IMG/VR virus record: IMGVR_UViG_3300032255_000172
Coordinates: 1-46,503 of that record
Length of the DNA: 46,503 nucleotides
Strand: one strand, 5' to 3'
Source: a virus
Taxonomy: Duplodnaviria; Caudoviricetes
Below are positions 46,101 to 46,503 of this stretch, piece after piece. A program made the position numbers and the translations under genes. Positions within the stretch are counted from its first letter, which is position 1. Every line of letters begins with the position of its first letter. Under the pieces are notes generated by a model. The model was not told the DNA's origin. It saw only the letters and a list, made by a program, of their open reading frames with translations, and made no database searches.

Positions 46101-46503
46101 TGAATATAAAATCAGTTACAGCAAACTTACCGGGCAAACCACCAAACGTGAGCAGGCTATCGATAAATTTCGCAGCGGTAACGCAGATGTTTTTTTGATT
46201 AGTCTTAAAGCCGGTGGTGTTGGTTTAAATTTAACCGCGGCCGACACGGTGATTCATTACGACCCCTGGTGGAACCCGGCGGTAGAAAATCAGGCAACCG
46301 ATAGAGCGCACCGTATTGGCCAAAACAAAGCGGTATTTGTTTATAAGCTGATTATCGAAAATACACTGGAAGAAAAGATAATGGCGATGCAGGCACGTAA
46401 AAAATCATTAGCTGACGGGGTTTATGATAAAAATAAATCGGCTAAAGATATGCAGTTGACGGCGGATGATTTGCAGAAGTTGTTTGCACCGTTGGTGGTT
46501 TAG
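43156..46503 (+). CDS. SWIM zinc finger SNF2-family helicase
   Basis: CSC..CKH SWIM; DDMGLGKT, DEAQ, TGTP.EN, QATDRAHRIGQ. Confidence 0.95.
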   Translation: MFNLSHTNIKNETDTNSYRRGLQYFEQGLVKSLEIEQVDVDMVVLMARVQGNRPTPYTLEVDIEKAAGNTVMINGQCSCPVRHNCKHVVAVCLEFAANAGRTRVDASLFWLNNFIQASSPQNSTPPQANESIFYLLNSANKPNELEVTLVVCRHLKKGGLGKSKRTDLYRIVNQYARASYVTDNDVEIAQLLEAQNNSMWAGTKTYSIKGELGHLCLSKILATSRCMYKSADQPIIQQGASRALELNWHKEKNGDCRLNINIEPAALILNTVPAFYFDIDNHEIGPLSNADFNTQQWDMLLSVPTVHADNCAAFSQQLITQLPNISIPPPIEMETLNIENERPKPCLELITENNFTTGERTHIMRLRFAYADYEINVLPIYPVVNTLESSRIISVHRDIDLEEEFMERIFDEDFQGVILNIGDNLSPQNSSEQTEHDKADFGFVSPNNLAPMQSLELWRFFIEDTIPQLKAEGWNITFDSSFKLQFHQVTNWENELEATIDESSIKDKNDWFELRFDLDVKGKKIPLLPLVANVLKHYDPSDLPKNLTLPLPAYMGEGQYIKIPAERIQGICEILYELYNQQTLTAQNFNAENGSIRLSRFDAPRLAELEEHNEATWRGGKTMRDLGRKLKNFKGIKKVAPPRGLKATLRDYQQQGFNWLQFLRSYQFNGILADDMGLGKTVQTLAHLLKEKEAKRLNKPCLIVAPTSLMSNWRREAEQFTPKLSVLILQGADRKKQFNQIENYDLVLTTFPLVVRDQETLLALNYYYLILDEAQVIKNPNAKAAKLVREIKADHRLCITGTPMENHLGELWALFDFLMPGFLGNSKTFTQQFRNPIEKHANNEVRERLVHRINPFMLRRTKSEVVLELPDKTEIIRSIAFDKKQAALYESIRLSMQKKVRDAIKDKGLSRSHITILDALLKLRQTCCDPQLMSLPQAKKVKSSAKLEMLMEMLPEMIDEGRRILIFSQFTKMLGIIEKQLIEYKISYSKLTGQTTKREQAIDKFRSGNADVFLISLKAGGVGLNLTAADTVIHYDPWWNPAVENQATDRAHRIGQNKAVFVYKLIIENTLEEKIMAMQARKKSLADGVYDKNKSAKDMQLTADDLQKLFAPLVV

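Overview
The window is almost entirely one lambda/Gifsy-2-like siphovirus prophage (~826-42720) of an AT-rich, probably gammaproteobacterial host. It is integrated at the 3' end of tRNA-Pro(GGG), with a 46-bp direct repeat at both ends. It carries integration, immunity, replication, Q-type late control, cos packaging, head and tail modules, but I could not identify an endolysin. The most striking feature is three separate clusters of integron-type gene cassettes (8 cassettes, all on the + strand). Most cassettes have attC sites whose R''/R' cores are complementary as expected, and there is no integron integrase in the window. On the excised circle these clusters surround attP. The cassettes include likely anti-phage genes (two HEPN-motif proteins and a membrane protein + ThsB-like TIR pair). 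Other features missed or unexplained by the ORF track are a candidate type I toxin/sRNA locus, a MITE-like insertion at an attC core, a radC-korC-like autoregulated module with a partial duplication, and a head-closure protein fused to a repeat stalk. Flanking host DNA has an AbiEi-like antitoxin on the left, and a resolvase remnant plus a SWIM-SNF2 helicase on the right. All protein family calls come from reading motifs and synteny by eye, not from database searches.
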